Shown here: positions 41,007 through 51,721 of the stretch, piece by piece | Numbering within the stretch: the stretch's first letter is position 1 | Layout: every line of letters begins with the position of its first letter | Assembly (NCBI GenBank): GCA_021204085.1 | Contig: JAJPZY010000135.1 | Location: 4,851 to 68,850, forward strand | Direction: 5' to 3' | From: Clostridiales bacterium | GTDB lineage: Bacteria; Bacillota; Clostridia; Lachnospirales; Lachnospiraceae | Length of the DNA: 64,000 nucleotides | The notes under the pieces: generated by a model | Database searches by the model: none | What the model was told of the DNA's origin: nothing | The model's input: only the letters and a program-made list of their open reading frames with translations | Made by a program: the position numbers and the translations under genes

Positions 41007-41615
41007 ATGAGAATAATCGCAGGCACAGCCCGCAGCATCCCTTTAAAGACGGTGAAAGGTCGTGATACACGGCCGACTACCGACCGGATCAAGGAGACGC
41101 TGTTTAATATGATACAGCCGGATATTCCGGGTGCAGTATTTCTGGATCTTTTTGCCGGCTGCGGCGGTATCGGACTTGAGGCTGTCAGCCGGGGAGCAGA
41201 TTATGCGGTTTTTGTGGATAACAGCCGTCAGGCTGTTTCCTGCATTGAGGAGAATATCGCTTCCGCAAAGTTTCAGTCCAGATGTGAAGTGAAACGGATG
41301 GATTTCCTTTCGGCCATAAAGAGTCTGGAAGGCAGATTTACCTTTGATCTTATTTTTATTGACCCTCCTTACGGGAAGGGACTTGCGGCTCAGGCGCTTG
41401 ATGCGCTTGCCGCATCTTCGATTTGCGCTGAAGATGTTATGATTATTGTGGAGGAATCGCTTGATTTTTTACCGGAGGAGCTGACCGGCAGAGGTTTCGA
41501 GATTACAAGGATCAAGACATATAAGACAAATCAGCACATTTTTTTAAAAAAGGGGGTTCTGACTGTATCGTCAGAAAAAAACCATGAGAAAAGCAATTTA
41601 CCCGGGCAGCTTTGA
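41007..41615 (+). CDS. rsmD: 16S rRNA m2G966 methyltransferase RsmD
   Basis: [25 protein letters not shown] and FIDPPY. Confidence 0.93.
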   Translation: MRIIAGTARSIPLKTVKGRDTRPTTDRIKETLFNMIQPDIPGAVFLDLFAGCGGIGLEAVSRGADYAVFVDNSRQAVSCIEENIASAKFQSRCEVKRMDFLSAIKSLEGRFTFDLIFIDPPYGKGLAAQALDALAASSICAEDVMIIVEESLDFLPEELTGRGFEITRIKTYKTNQHIFLKKGVLTVSSEKNHEKSNLPGQL

Positions 41616-42069
41616 CCCGCCTACATTCGGTCATCTGGATATCATTGAGCGTTCGGCCCGGATGGTAGATGAACTCAATGTTGCGGTTTTGAAAAACAAT
41701 GCAAAAAATCCGTTGTTTTCTGCCGAGGAACGTGTTAGTATGATTAAAGAATTGACCAGCCATCTGCTGAATGTGACGGTAAGCGCATTTGACGGTCTGA
41801 CTGCCGATTACGCAGCCGGTACAGGCGCGAATATCGTAGTGAGAGGCCTTCGGGCGGTTACGGATTTTGAATATGAGCTTCAGATTGCACAGACAAATCA
41901 TGCAATAAACGATAACATTGATACGATTTTTCTTACGACGAATCTGAAGTATTCATACTTAAGTTCAACGATTGTGAAGGAAGTGGCCTCTTACGGCGGT
42001 GACATTTCCAAATTTGTACCGGAACAGATTATAGAGAAAATATATGACAAGTACCATATTATAAGATGA
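41584..42069 (+). CDS. coaD: Pantetheine-phosphate adenylyltransferase
   Basis: [26 protein letters not shown] and LSST. Confidence 0.97.
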   Translation: MRKAIYPGSFDPPTFGHLDIIERSARMVDELNVAVLKNNAKNPLFSAEERVSMIKELTSHLLNVTVSAFDGLTADYAAGTGANIVVRGLRAVTDFEYELQIAQTNHAINDNIDTIFLTTNLKYSYLSSTIVKEVASYGGDISKFVPEQIIEKIYDKYHIIR

Positions 42070-42701
42070 CAGAAGGAGAAGATTTCATGAACAGTCGTTT
42101 AGAGCAGATTTTAGCAGAGATTGAGGAATATATTGACAGCTGCAAAGCACAGCCCTTATCGAAGGGCAAGATAATTGTCGACAAGGAAGAAATCACAGAG
42201 CTTTTGACGGAGCTCCGTTTAAAGACGCCGGATGAGATTAAGCGTTATCAGAAGATTATTGCAAACAGGGACGCAATTCTGGCAGATGCGCAGGCACGGG
42301 CGGATGAAATCCTGGCACAGGCGCAGATTCAGACAAATGAACTGGTGAGTGAGCATCAGATTATGCAGCAGGCCTATGCGCAGGCGAATGAAGTTGTTTC
42401 CATCGCGACAAATCAGGCGCAGGAGATTCTTGATAAAGCGACGGAGGATGCCAATGCGATCCGTACTGCGTCTATTGAGTATACGGATAATCTTCTTGGA
42501 AATCTTGAAAACATTGTGGTACATACCCTCGATACTTCGAAGGCAAAGTATGACAGCCTTTTATCCTCTCTTCAGGAGTGTTACGATATTGTGAAGGCAA
42601 ACCGCGGAGAACTCACCGGTGCAGAGGATACAGAGAGTGAGGAGGAAGCATCTGACGATTCGGCTGAGGAAAGTAAGTCTGATGATATTAACCTTATCTG
42701 A
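42066..42701 (+). CDS. Conserved coiled-coil protein downstream of coaD (function unknown)
   Basis: Ala/Gln/Glu-rich heptads ([17 protein letters not shown]) and an acidic tail; RBS present. Confidence 0.7.
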   Translation: MTEGEDFMNSRLEQILAEIEEYIDSCKAQPLSKGKIIVDKEEITELLTELRLKTPDEIKRYQKIIANRDAILADAQARADEILAQAQIQTNELVSEHQIMQQAYAQANEVVSIATNQAQEILDKATEDANAIRTASIEYTDNLLGNLENIVVHTLDTSKAKYDSLLSSLQECYDIVKANRGELTGAEDTESEEEASDDSAEESKSDDINLI

Positions 42702-42727
42702 TATTTTTGGAATACTCCTGCACAGGT

Positions 42728-43750
42728 CTATGGCATCCGAAGCATAATTATGGCATAGGTTAGGATTATTCCTGAGATACTGCAAAGCACTTTGAAGAGC
42801 AGATAGCGGTGCAGGCTGAACCCTGTTCCTTTCATCATGGAGTATGTCTGCAGCAGACCGCTGATTCCACCGAAGTTTACGATGCCGGCACTCAGCAATG
42901 TCTGTATGATAACGCTGCAGCTGGATCGCCCGGTTTGCCGGATGCCGTTTGTTACTTCAATGGCTCCGATGCAGAGAATTTTTACAATTGTGCTCTGAAA
43001 AGGGATATGCAGGATTACATCGGCCAGCAGAGCAGACAGGATGATATATCCGGCCAGTCGAATCATCGTAGAAAAACCGTTCATAATACCGGCGTCCAGG
43101 ATCTTTATGTTGAGAGGAGATTCGGATGCCGGTTTTCTGGTTGTGTTTTCAGGAGTTTCTGTTTTTCTTGATTTGCCGGAGCGGCTGCCCACTTTCACTC
43201 CACAGGAGAAAAAGTTTCTCTTCACATTTGTAATACGGCTTTTTTTATTCTGATATAGGAAGAAAACAGCGATTCTTCCAATTAACAGCGGCGGCAGATA
43301 ACACGCGGCAAATACTGCTGCGGGCGGAAGTATTTCACGAAAAATATTGCGGTAGAGATAATTATATAAAAAAGCCGGACCGAAATTGTTGCTGATACAA
43401 CTGATGGTTTCCGCTTCTTTTGATGATATTTTTCCGGCTCGATACAGTTCTGCACAGATCATGCTGCCCAGGGGAAATCCAAAGAGAAATCCGGCGATCA
43501 GCGGATAGATCAGCGGACTTCTTACAGGATATATTCGCTGAAACACAGGGGAGATCAGTTCGAAAAAACGGTCGTATACCCCGGACTGCACAATGATATT
43601 GGAAAAAATACAAAACGGCAGAAGCGTAGGCAGGATGGAGTTGTACCAGAGTGCCAGCCCGTCAAAAACAGCATTTGCCGTGCGCAGCGGAAACAGCAGG
43701 CAATACAGGATGAAAACTGCAAACAGCAGTGACAGGATTTTATTTTTCAT
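42728..43750 (-). CDS. YlbJ-like sporulation integral membrane protein (nucleoside-recognition/Gate domain)
   Basis: GLALWYNSILPTLLPF, GFLFGFPLG, EVTNG and NFGGISG. Confidence 0.8.
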   Translation of the reverse strand: MKNKILSLLFAVFILYCLLFPLRTANAVFDGLALWYNSILPTLLPFCIFSNIIVQSGVYDRFFELISPVFQRIYPVRSPLIYPLIAGFLFGFPLGSMICAELYRAGKISSKEAETISCISNNFGPAFLYNYLYRNIFREILPPAAVFAACYLPPLLIGRIAVFFLYQNKKSRITNVKRNFFSCGVKVGSRSGKSRKTETPENTTRKPASESPLNIKILDAGIMNGFSTMIRLAGYIILSALLADVILHIPFQSTIVKILCIGAIEVTNGIRQTGRSSCSVIIQTLLSAGIVNFGGISGLLQTYSMMKGTGFSLHRYLLFKVLCSISGIILTYAIIMLRMP

Positions 43751-43846
43751 ATCTTAAGGGTATTCGTGATCAGAGGAGAAAATACGTAGAATTTTTGAGC
43801 AGGATTCCGAATAATTATAACATGTTCCGAAAGAAAGAGGTACGTC

Positions 43847-44581
43847 ATGCAGCTTCGCGTAGATAAAGTTCTTTCCCAATTGCAGATTGCCGCCCGGTCG
43901 GAGTCAAAAAAGATGATTCGTGACGGCCGAGTCCGGATTGGCGCGCGTCAGGTGAAGAATGCTTCGGAGAAGTTTGATCCGGAGAAAGAACAGCTTTATA
44001 TCGACGAACAGCCGGTGCGGTACACACAGTATCAATATTTTATGTTGTATAAGCCGATGGGGTGCGTGACGGCTACAGCGGATGCCAGGGATAAAACGGT
44101 CATGGACTATCTCCCCGAGGAGCGCCGCCGCGGCCTGGCGCCTGTGGGGCGTCTGGATAAGGATACGGAGGGGCTTTTGCTCATCACAGACGACGGTGCA
44201 TTGAATCATAATCTGCTGGCGCCGGGGAAGCATGTAGAAAAGACTTATTATGCGAAGATCCTCGGAGAGGTCACTCCGGATATGGCGGAGCAGTTTTCAC
44301 GGGGAATTGATATCGGAGAGAAACAATGTACCATGCCCGCAAGGCTAGTGATTCTTTCCTCAGGTGAGATTTCTGAGATTGAGGTCACGATTACAGAGGG
44401 AAAATACCACCAGATCAAGCGGATGTTTCAGGCGGTCGGGACTGAAGTCCTGTATTTAAAACGCCTTTCTATGGGGAGTCTGGTTTTGGATGAGACGCTG
44501 CAGCCGGGAGAATATCGTGAGTTGACGCCGGAGGAAGCGGAACGGCTGTGGAAACCGGTATGTTACAATTGTGGTGTGTGA
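43847..44581 (+). CDS. rRNA pseudouridine synthase, RsuA family
   Basis: S4 domain, YKPMG, GRLDKDTEGLL and EGKYHQIKRM. Confidence 0.92.
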   Translation: MQLRVDKVLSQLQIAARSESKKMIRDGRVRIGARQVKNASEKFDPEKEQLYIDEQPVRYTQYQYFMLYKPMGCVTATADARDKTVMDYLPEERRRGLAPVGRLDKDTEGLLLITDDGALNHNLLAPGKHVEKTYYAKILGEVTPDMAEQFSRGIDIGEKQCTMPARLVILSSGEISEIEVTITEGKYHQIKRMFQAVGTEVLYLKRLSMGSLVLDETLQPGEYRELTPEEAERLWKPVCYNCGV

Positions 44582-44594
44582 TATGGAAATACAG

Positions 44595-45320
44595 ATGAAA
44601 AACAACAGGATGGAGCGGTTGCTGCAGGATGTAGATGCGGTACTGTTTGATCTGGACGGTACGCTTGCTGATTCTATGTGGGTCTGGTCAGAGATTGACC
44701 GTGATTTTTTCAGGGATCATGAGATTGATTTCCCGGATTATCTGAACAGGGAGATTGAGGGGCTGGGCTTTACAGAGACGGCGCAGTTTTTTGTTGACAA
44801 TTTTCCGCTGGAGGAATCGGTGGAAGAGATCAAGCAGCTCTGGAATGACATGGCGATTGAGAAGTACCGTACGAAGGTGCCGCTGAAACCGGGTGCCGGA
44901 GAGTTCCTTACAGCATTAAAGGAAAGAGGAATCAAGACGGGAATTGCTACCAGTAATTCCATGCTTCTCGTGGATACATTTCTGAATGCGGCAGGGATTG
45001 GCGGTCAGATTGATGCTGTTACAACGGCATGTGAGGTCAGTAGGGGGAAGCCTTCACCGGATGTATATCTGGTTACGGCAAAGAAGCTGAATGTATTGCC
45101 GGAGCGCTGCCTGGTGTTTGAGGATATCCCGATGGGGATCCGTGCGGGAAAGAATGCCGGCATGAGAGTCTGTGCGGTTGAGGATGAATATTCGGCACAT
45201 CAGAGGGAAGAAAAGCGGGCGCTGGCGGATGAATACATAGAGGATTTCAGGGAGATATATGAGAGAATTTACGATATCAGGCCGGGAGGCCGGGCAGCGG
45301 ATGGACAAGTATCTGTTTAA
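44595..45320 (+). CDS. HAD-family phosphatase (beta-PGM/CbbY-like); start uncertain
   Basis: FDLDGTL, ATS, GKPSPD and VFED. Confidence 0.85.
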   Translation: MKNNRMERLLQDVDAVLFDLDGTLADSMWVWSEIDRDFFRDHEIDFPDYLNREIEGLGFTETAQFFVDNFPLEESVEEIKQLWNDMAIEKYRTKVPLKPGAGEFLTALKERGIKTGIATSNSMLLVDTFLNAAGIGGQIDAVTTACEVSRGKPSPDVYLVTAKKLNVLPERCLVFEDIPMGIRAGKNAGMRVCAVEDEYSAHQREEKRALADEYIEDFREIYERIYDIRPGGRAADGQVSV

Positions 45321-46311
45321 GGTGCTGGATCGTGCGCCGGGCGGATTCATTTATAAGATGCTCCGGAAAAAGAATATTGTTCTGAACGGGAAGAAGGCTT
45401 CCGGGAAGGAGATTCTTAAAGTGCAGGATTCGGTGAAGTTTTTTCTGTCGGACGAGACGTTTGCAAAATTTGCGTCTGCGATTCCGGGAGACCGCGGCAG
45501 CGAGGGAGAATTTAAAACTTCGGGCAATAGCATTTTTCCGTCTGCTTTAAAGATTGTTTATGAGGACGAGGATATCCTGGTGATTAATAAGCCTGCCGGG
45601 CTGCTTTCGCAGAAGGCGGCTGCAGGAGATGATTCGGCGAACGACCGTATGATTGCGTATCTTTTGGCGAGCGGGCAGCTGAGCGAGGCGGAGCTGCGCA
45701 CATTTCATCCTTCCATCTGCAATCGCCTGGATCGTAATACTTCCGGCCTTTTAATCGCGGGAAAGACGATGCGCGGCCTGCAGGAGATGGCAAAGCAGCT
45801 GAAAGATCGCTCGGCGAAGAAGTTTTATCATACGCTTGTCTGGGGAAAGGTCACAAAACCGCAAAAGCTGTGCGGATATCTGGTGAAGGATCACAGAACG
45901 AATCAGGTGAAAGTATCTCTGAAAAATCCCGGAGAAAGTACGGATGCGGAGCCTGGAGATTCGGAGAGAATGCAGATTGAGACGGAATATGTGCCGCTGG
46001 CTTATTATGGCGGAGCAACCCTTCTGGAGGTACACCTGATTACCGGACGATCTCATCAGATTCGTGCGCATCTGGCCTCTGCCGGGTATCCGCTGCTGGG
46101 AGATGCGAAATACGGAAATGCTGACTTAAACCGGAGATTGTTTCATGCAACCGGGATCCGGTCACAGCTTCTTCATGCCTGCAGGATTGAACTGTCGGAC
46201 GGGAGAGTCATTGAGGCGGAGGATCCGGAGGAATTCAGAAGGGCGGAGAACTGGCTGCGACGACAAGTGAGAGAGAATAATCCTCAAGTCGGAAACCATC
46301 TGGATTTCTGA
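45259..46311 (+). CDS. RluA-family pseudouridine synthase (RluC/RluD-like)
   Basis: NKPAGL, NRLDRNTSG, TGRSHQIR and GDAKYG. Confidence 0.9.
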   Translation: MREFTISGREAGQRMDKYLFKVLDRAPGGFIYKMLRKKNIVLNGKKASGKEILKVQDSVKFFLSDETFAKFASAIPGDRGSEGEFKTSGNSIFPSALKIVYEDEDILVINKPAGLLSQKAAAGDDSANDRMIAYLLASGQLSEAELRTFHPSICNRLDRNTSGLLIAGKTMRGLQEMAKQLKDRSAKKFYHTLVWGKVTKPQKLCGYLVKDHRTNQVKVSLKNPGESTDAEPGDSERMQIETEYVPLAYYGGATLLEVHLITGRSHQIRAHLASAGYPLLGDAKYGNADLNRRLFHATGIRSQLLHACRIELSDGRVIEAEDPEEFRRAENWLRRQVRENNPQVGNHLDF

Positions 46312-46395
46312 TTGAAAGTCATTAAGTAAAAAACAAGCTGTTGAGAGAGAAATCAGTCATTGCATACATAAGAACAGTTATGGAGAATTTGATTT

Positions 46396-47064
46396 ATGTA
46401 TATTTACATTATGAGACATGGGGAGACTTATTGGAATAAGGAAGGAAGAATTCAGGGCTCTTCAGATATTGAACTGACGGATTTCGGTGTGGATCTGGCG
46501 GAGCTTTCCGCGGATGGTTTTCAGCGGGATGGCATTCGGTTTGACCGTATCTATACCAGTCCGTTGATCCGGGCAGTCAGGACTGCGGAAATTGTTGCGC
46601 ACAAAACATTGAACGGGGACATTCATGACAAACAGTTCTTTCGGATTGACGGCCGGCTGCGGGAGATGTGCTTCGGAAAGTATGAGGGTCTGAAGCTGAA
46701 GGAACTGAAAGGTTATGATGAGAATATTGTCAATTGTTTTTCACATCCTGCGCTGTACATAGCCGATGAGACCGGCGAAACATATGATGAGATTTATGCC
46801 CGGATTGACGATTTTATGCAGCGGGAACTGCTGCCGCTGCAGAAGGAGTCCGGAATTGAAAATGTATTGGTTCTCTGTTATGGCACCGTGATCCGGACAT
46901 TTTTAAGCCGTATTAATGAGATCGGCCTGGAGGATTTCTGGAATATCCGTCAGCCTAACTGCAGCATCAATAAAATTGCGCTGGAGGATAACCGGTTTTC
47001 ATCTGTGAGGGAGAATATTCTTTATTATGAGTCGGAAGAACTGATGCATCGGGGGATTTTATAG
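46396..47064 (+). CDS. Histidine phosphatase superfamily protein (second catalytic His replaced by Tyr)
   Basis: RHGET, SPLIRAVRTA and LREMCFG; CYG where the family has SHG/CHG. Confidence 0.85.
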   Translation: MYIYIMRHGETYWNKEGRIQGSSDIELTDFGVDLAELSADGFQRDGIRFDRIYTSPLIRAVRTAEIVAHKTLNGDIHDKQFFRIDGRLREMCFGKYEGLKLKELKGYDENIVNCFSHPALYIADETGETYDEIYARIDDFMQRELLPLQKESGIENVLVLCYGTVIRTFLSRINEIGLEDFWNIRQPNCSINKIALEDNRFSSVRENILYYESEELMHRGIL

Positions 47065-47066
47065 AT

Positions 47067-47600
47067 ATGGCGACATGGAATTCGCGGGGGCTGCGCGGCT
47101 CTACACTGGAAGAATTTATCAACCGGACGAACGAAAAATATCTGGAAAACGGCCTGGCGCTGATTCAGAAGATTCCGACGCCGATCACGCCGATTCAGAT
47201 CGATAAGGAGAGCCGCCATATTACATTGGCTTATTTTGACCAGAAAAGTACCGTTGATTATATTGGCGCGGTGCAGGGCATACCGGTCTGTTTCGACGCG
47301 AAAGAATGCCGGACAGATACATTTCCCCTGCAGAACGTTCATGAACATCAGGTAAAATTTATGAAAGAATTTGAGCGGCAGGGCGGTATTGCATTTCTTA
47401 TCGTTTTCTTTTCCCACCGGGATGAATTTTATTATCTGCGGTTTGAAGAACTGCAGAAATTCTGGGACAGAAGTACGGACGGCGGGAGAAAAAGCATCCG
47501 GCACGAGGAACTGGATCCGCGGTTCTTTTTCGAAATGCACGGCGGACTCATGGTTCCCTATCTTGAACCGATGCAGAAAGATCTGGAGATGAGAGAGTGA
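47067..47600 (+). CDS. recU: Holliday junction resolvase RecU
   Basis: RGSTLE, QKIPTP, STVDYIG, FDAKE and HQVKF. Confidence 0.9.
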   Translation: MATWNSRGLRGSTLEEFINRTNEKYLENGLALIQKIPTPITPIQIDKESRHITLAYFDQKSTVDYIGAVQGIPVCFDAKECRTDTFPLQNVHEHQVKFMKEFERQGGIAFLIVFFSHRDEFYYLRFEELQKFWDRSTDGGRKSIRHEELDPRFFFEMHGGLMVPYLEPMQKDLEMRE

Positions 47601-47621
47601 ATCGTGATATATAAAAATATA

Positions 47622-47650
47622 TTGACATCTTTCCGTATTTGAAATATAAT
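47622..47650 (+). promoter_or_regulatory. Consensus sigmaA promoter of the his operon
   Basis: TTGACA-17 bp-TATAAT. Confidence 0.85.
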
Positions 47651-47678
47651 AGCGGTGTTTCACCTGCTACCATAGTAG

Positions 47679-47698
47679 CACATTAGCACAGTAAAGTG
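47679..47698. promoter_or_regulatory. Probable HisR (YerC-type) operator
   Basis: CACATTAG-CACA-GTAAAGTG, an imperfect 20-bp palindrome just downstream of the his promoter. It resembles the Firmicute HisR box as I recall it (about CACTTTAG-N4-CTAAAGTG). Confidence 0.6.
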
Positions 47699-47756
47699 CT
47701 TCGGATGAAATGGAAGAACCGTAATATTGTTTATGAATGCTATTCAGGGAGGTTTT

Positions 47757-48944
47757 ATGGCAGAACAGTTATTGCATACGCCGGAAGGTGTTCGCGACAT
47801 TTATAGTGATGAATGTGAGAGAAAGTTTGTCCTGGAAAATAAAATTCATAAGGTTTTAAAGTCATACGGATATCATCCGATTCAGACGCCGACTTTTGAA
47901 TTTTTTGATATATTCGGGAAGGAGATCGGAACAACGCCGTCGAAAGACCTGTATAAGTTTTTTGATCGGGAGGGAAATACCCTGGTCCTCCGGCCGGATA
48001 TTACGCCGTCCATCGCACGCTGCGCGTCAAAATATTATATGGAGGATGAGATCCCGATTCGTTTTTGTTACACCGGCAATACTTTCATTAATAACAGCAG
48101 TTATCAGGGGCGGTTAAAGGAAACGACGCAGTCCGGCGCCGAATTTATCGGCGATGGTTCTGTAGAGGCGGACGCGGAGATGGTTGCTTTGACGGTACAG
48201 CTGCTCTTGAGCGCAGGTCTGAAGGAGTTTCAGGTCAGTGTGGGACATGTGGATTTTTTAAAAGGACTTTTTGAGGCTTCCAATCTGGGCGAAGAGACCG
48301 AGGATATGATTCGCGAACTGCTCTTAAACCGCAATTTTTATGGTGTGGAGGACATCATTTCCCATGCGGGATTGAATGAAAATCTCACATGGCTCTTTGG
48401 CTTGCTCAAGGACGTGATGCTGACAAAGGTAAAGCTGCAGGAGGCAAAAGAAAAAGCCCGGGATTATCCGAAGATCTACGGAGCGTTGGATCGCCTGGAG
48501 CAGCTGGAGGACCTTCTGCGGATTTATAAGGTCGAGCAGTATGTTTTTTATGAGATGGCTATGGTTTCAGGTCTGCATTACTATACGGGAATTATTTTTT
48601 CGGGTTATACCTTTGGCAGCGGGGAAGCGATTGTAAAAGGCGGACGTTATGATAATCTTCTGAAGTCTTTTGGAAAATCTGCTCCGGCCATCGGTTTTGC
48701 CGTGGTGATTGAACAGCTGATGAGCGCATTGCGTCGGCAGAAGATCCGCATCCCTTTTGAAAACCGGACAAAATGGTTTGTCTATGCGGAAAACCGTCAT
48801 ACTGATGCTATCCGTGACGCTATGGTGCTGCGGCGGCAGGGGGAGAATATCGAGATGATGCCGCTGAACGGGGATAATACGGAGGAATCCTATCAAAAAT
48901 ACGCTGAGAAGTTTCATGTGCAGGACGTGATATATTATAGATGA
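47757..48944 (+). CDS. hisZ: ATP phosphoribosyltransferase regulatory subunit
   Basis: TPEGVRD, LRPDITPSIAR, YYTGIIF and GGRYD; precedes short hisG. Confidence 0.93.
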   Translation: MAEQLLHTPEGVRDIYSDECERKFVLENKIHKVLKSYGYHPIQTPTFEFFDIFGKEIGTTPSKDLYKFFDREGNTLVLRPDITPSIARCASKYYMEDEIPIRFCYTGNTFINNSSYQGRLKETTQSGAEFIGDGSVEADAEMVALTVQLLLSAGLKEFQVSVGHVDFLKGLFEASNLGEETEDMIRELLLNRNFYGVEDIISHAGLNENLTWLFGLLKDVMLTKVKLQEAKEKARDYPKIYGALDRLEQLEDLLRIYKVEQYVFYEMAMVSGLHYYTGIIFSGYTFGSGEAIVKGGRYDNLLKSFGKSAPAIGFAVVIEQLMSALRRQKIRIPFENRTKWFVYAENRHTDAIRDAMVLRRQGENIEMMPLNGDNTEESYQKYAEKFHVQDVIYYR

Positions 48945-48965
48945 TGAAAAAGAAAGGAAAGAACC

Positions 48966-49610
48966 ATGCGATATATAACATTTGCTTTAGGAAAAGGTCG
49001 TCTTGCAAAAACCGCGTTGAAGATGTTTGAGGAGATCGGTATTACATGCGAGGAGATGAAAGATAAGGATACCCGCAAACTTGTCTTTGTCAATGAGGAG
49101 CTGAAGTTTCGTTTTTTCCTCGCAAAAGGGCCGGATGTGCCTACTTATGTTGAGTATGGTGCCGCCGATATCGGTATCGTCGGACGTGATACCATTCTGG
49201 AAGAGGGGCGGAACATTTATGAGGTGCTCGACCTGGGGTTTGGCGCATGCAGAATGTGTGTCTGCGGTCCCGAATCGGCGAAAGAACTGCTGCAGCATCA
49301 TGAGCAGATCCGGGTTGCGACGAAATATCCGAAAATCGCAAAGGATTATTTTTATAATAAAAAACATCAGACCGTAGAGATCATTAAGCTTAACGGATCA
49401 GTGGAACTGGGACCCATCGTCGGTCTTTCGGACGTCATCGTAGATATTGTTGAGACGGGATCGACTTTGAAGGAAAACGGACTCATGGTACTTGAGGAAG
49501 TTTGCCCGCTTACCGCTCGGATGGTTGTAAACCCGGTCAGTATGAAACTGGAACAGAAGCGGATTCAGGAGATAATCGCGAGGCTCCGGGATGTGATCGC
49601 GGAAGGGTGA
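48966..49610 (+). CDS. hisG: ATP phosphoribosyltransferase, short form
   Basis: ALGKGRL, DVPTYV, ATKYP and DIVETGSTL. Confidence 0.96.
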   Translation: MRYITFALGKGRLAKTALKMFEEIGITCEEMKDKDTRKLVFVNEELKFRFFLAKGPDVPTYVEYGAADIGIVGRDTILEEGRNIYEVLDLGFGACRMCVCGPESAKELLQHHEQIRVATKYPKIAKDYFYNKKHQTVEIIKLNGSVELGPIVGLSDVIVDIVETGSTLKENGLMVLEEVCPLTARMVVNPVSMKLEQKRIQEIIARLRDVIAEG

Positions 49611-49700
49611 GAAACATGTTGGACGGCAGCCGATGCATCCTGAGCGAAGGTTCTGATATTGTATTTTATTTTTGCTAAAAAGATAGAAAGAAGGAATTAT

Positions 49701-50993
49701 ATGAGAATATTAAATCTGACACGCGACACGATCAGCGGCATTCTGGCTGATCTTCTGAAAAGAAGTCCGAATAATTATACGGAATATGAGGAGAGTGTGA
49801 ACGCTATCATCGCGGATGTGCGCGAGCGGCGGGATGAAGCGGTTTTTGATTATACGAAGCGGTTTGACGGCGCGGATATTGACGCGGCGACAGTAGAAGT
49901 GGCGGACGCAGATATTGAGGAGGCGTATACGCTTGTGGAACCGGAGCTGCTCGATGTGATCCGCAAGGCGAAGGAAAATATCCGTATTTACCATGAAAAA
50001 CAGCGGCAGTACAGCTGGTTTGACAGCGAGATTCCGGGAACAATGCTTGGACAGAAGGTGACGCCCATCGCGAAGGCTGGTGTGTATGTGCCGGGCGGCA
50101 AAGCGGCTTATCCGTCGTCTGTCCTGATGAATATCATTCCCGCGAAGGTGGCCGGTGTGGAGGAGATTATTATGGCAACGCCCTGCAACCGAGAGGGAAA
50201 GGTAACGCCGGCGACGCTTGTTGCTGCGAATGAAGCCGGAGTAGACCGCATTTTCAAGGTGGGCGGTGCGCAGGCAATCGCGGCTATGGCTTTCGGGACA
50301 GAGAGTATCCCGAAGGTTGACAAGATCGTCGGGCCCGGTAATATATATGTGGCACTGGCGAAAAAGGCCGTGTTTGGTTATGTAAGTATTGATTCGATTG
50401 CCGGACCGAGTGAGATTCTGGTGTTGGCGGACGAAACAGCGAATCCCCGTTACGTTGCGGCGGATCTGCTGTCTCAGGCGGAGCACGATGAACTGGCATC
50501 AGCAATTCTGATTACTACCAGTGAAACGCTCGCAAAGCAGGTCTCAGCGGAGATAGACGCCTTTTTGCAGAAACTTTCCAGAAAGGCAATTATCGAAAAA
50601 TCACTGGAAAATTACGGATATATTCTGGTTGTCCCGGATTTGGATATGGCGATCGATGCTGTCAATGAGATTGCATCCGAGCATCTGGAGATTGTAACAG
50701 CGAACGCGTTTGAAGTAATGACGAAGGTGAAAAACGCAGGCGCCATTTTTATCGGAGAGTACAGCAGTGAACCGTTGGGGGACTATTTCGCAGGACCAAA
50801 CCACGTACTTCCGACGAATGGTACAGCCAAATTTTTCTCTCCGCTGTCTGTAGATGATTTTATTAAAAAATCCAGCATTATCTCCTATTCGAGAGAGGCG
50901 CTTGAAGGTGTATATCAGGATATTGCGCAGTTTGCCCGGTGCGAACAGCTGACTGCTCATGCAAATTCTGTGCTGGTGCGCTTCGAGAAGTAA
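49701..50993 (+). CDS. hisD: Histidinol dehydrogenase
   Basis: YVPGGKAAYPSS, AGPSE, SQAEHD and GPNHVLPT. Confidence 0.97.
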   Translation: MRILNLTRDTISGILADLLKRSPNNYTEYEESVNAIIADVRERRDEAVFDYTKRFDGADIDAATVEVADADIEEAYTLVEPELLDVIRKAKENIRIYHEKQRQYSWFDSEIPGTMLGQKVTPIAKAGVYVPGGKAAYPSSVLMNIIPAKVAGVEEIIMATPCNREGKVTPATLVAANEAGVDRIFKVGGAQAIAAMAFGTESIPKVDKIVGPGNIYVALAKKAVFGYVSIDSIAGPSEILVLADETANPRYVAADLLSQAEHDELASAILITTSETLAKQVSAEIDAFLQKLSRKAIIEKSLENYGYILVVPDLDMAIDAVNEIASEHLEIVTANAFEVMTKVKNAGAIFIGEYSSEPLGDYFAGPNHVLPTNGTAKFFSPLSVDDFIKKSSIISYSREALEGVYQDIAQFARCEQLTAHANSVLVRFEK

Positions 50994-51126
50994 AGGTATA
51001 TGAGTGGGACGGATGCCAGTGCCAGCCGGTGCATCCTGAGCAAACATTATTGATTATAAAAGCTATGATGTATTAAGCTATATATGATATTATAAAAATT
51101 ATTTTGGTGTGAAGGAGGCTGGTAAC

Positions 51127-51720
51127 ATGAAAAAAGAAAGAATTGTTGCCATAAACAGGACGACCGCCGAGACGGATATCGCGCTGACCCTGAATCTGGA
51201 TGGAAGCGGCGAGCGGAAGATTTCGACGGGCGTGGGGTTTTTTAATCATATGCTGGCAGGATTTGCCCGTCATGGTTTTTTTGACCTGGATGTGAAGGTG
51301 AAGGGCGACCTGGAGGTGGATTGTCATCATACGATTGAAGATACCGGCATTGTTCTCGGCACGGCAATTCGGGAGGCGGTCGGAGATAAAAAAGGAATTC
51401 GACGCTATGGGAGCATGATTCTTCCGATGGATGAGTCGCTGGTGCTTTGTGCGGTAGATCTGTGCGGACGCCCGTATTTTGTTATGGATGCAGAATTTCC
51501 TACGGAGCGGGTGGGAGATATGGACACGGAGATGGTTCGCGAGTTTTTTTACGCGATTTCCTATACCGCAGGGATGAATCTTCACCTGAAGGTTTTGTCC
51601 GGTTTTAACAGTCATCACATGATTGAGGCGATGTTCAAGGCCTTCGGGAAGGCTTTGGACGAGGCAACGTCTTATGACCCGCGTATCGCGGATGTATTAT
51701 CGACGAAAGGCAGTTTGTAA
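51127..51720 (+). CDS. hisB: Imidazoleglycerol-phosphate dehydratase
   Basis: [24 protein letters not shown] and STKGSL. Confidence 0.96.
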   Translation: MKKERIVAINRTTAETDIALTLNLDGSGERKISTGVGFFNHMLAGFARHGFFDLDVKVKGDLEVDCHHTIEDTGIVLGTAIREAVGDKKGIRRYGSMILPMDESLVLCAVDLCGRPYFVMDAEFPTERVGDMDTEMVREFFYAISYTAGMNLHLKVLSGFNSHHMIEAMFKAFGKALDEATSYDPRIADVLSTKGSL

Positions 51721-51721
51721 G

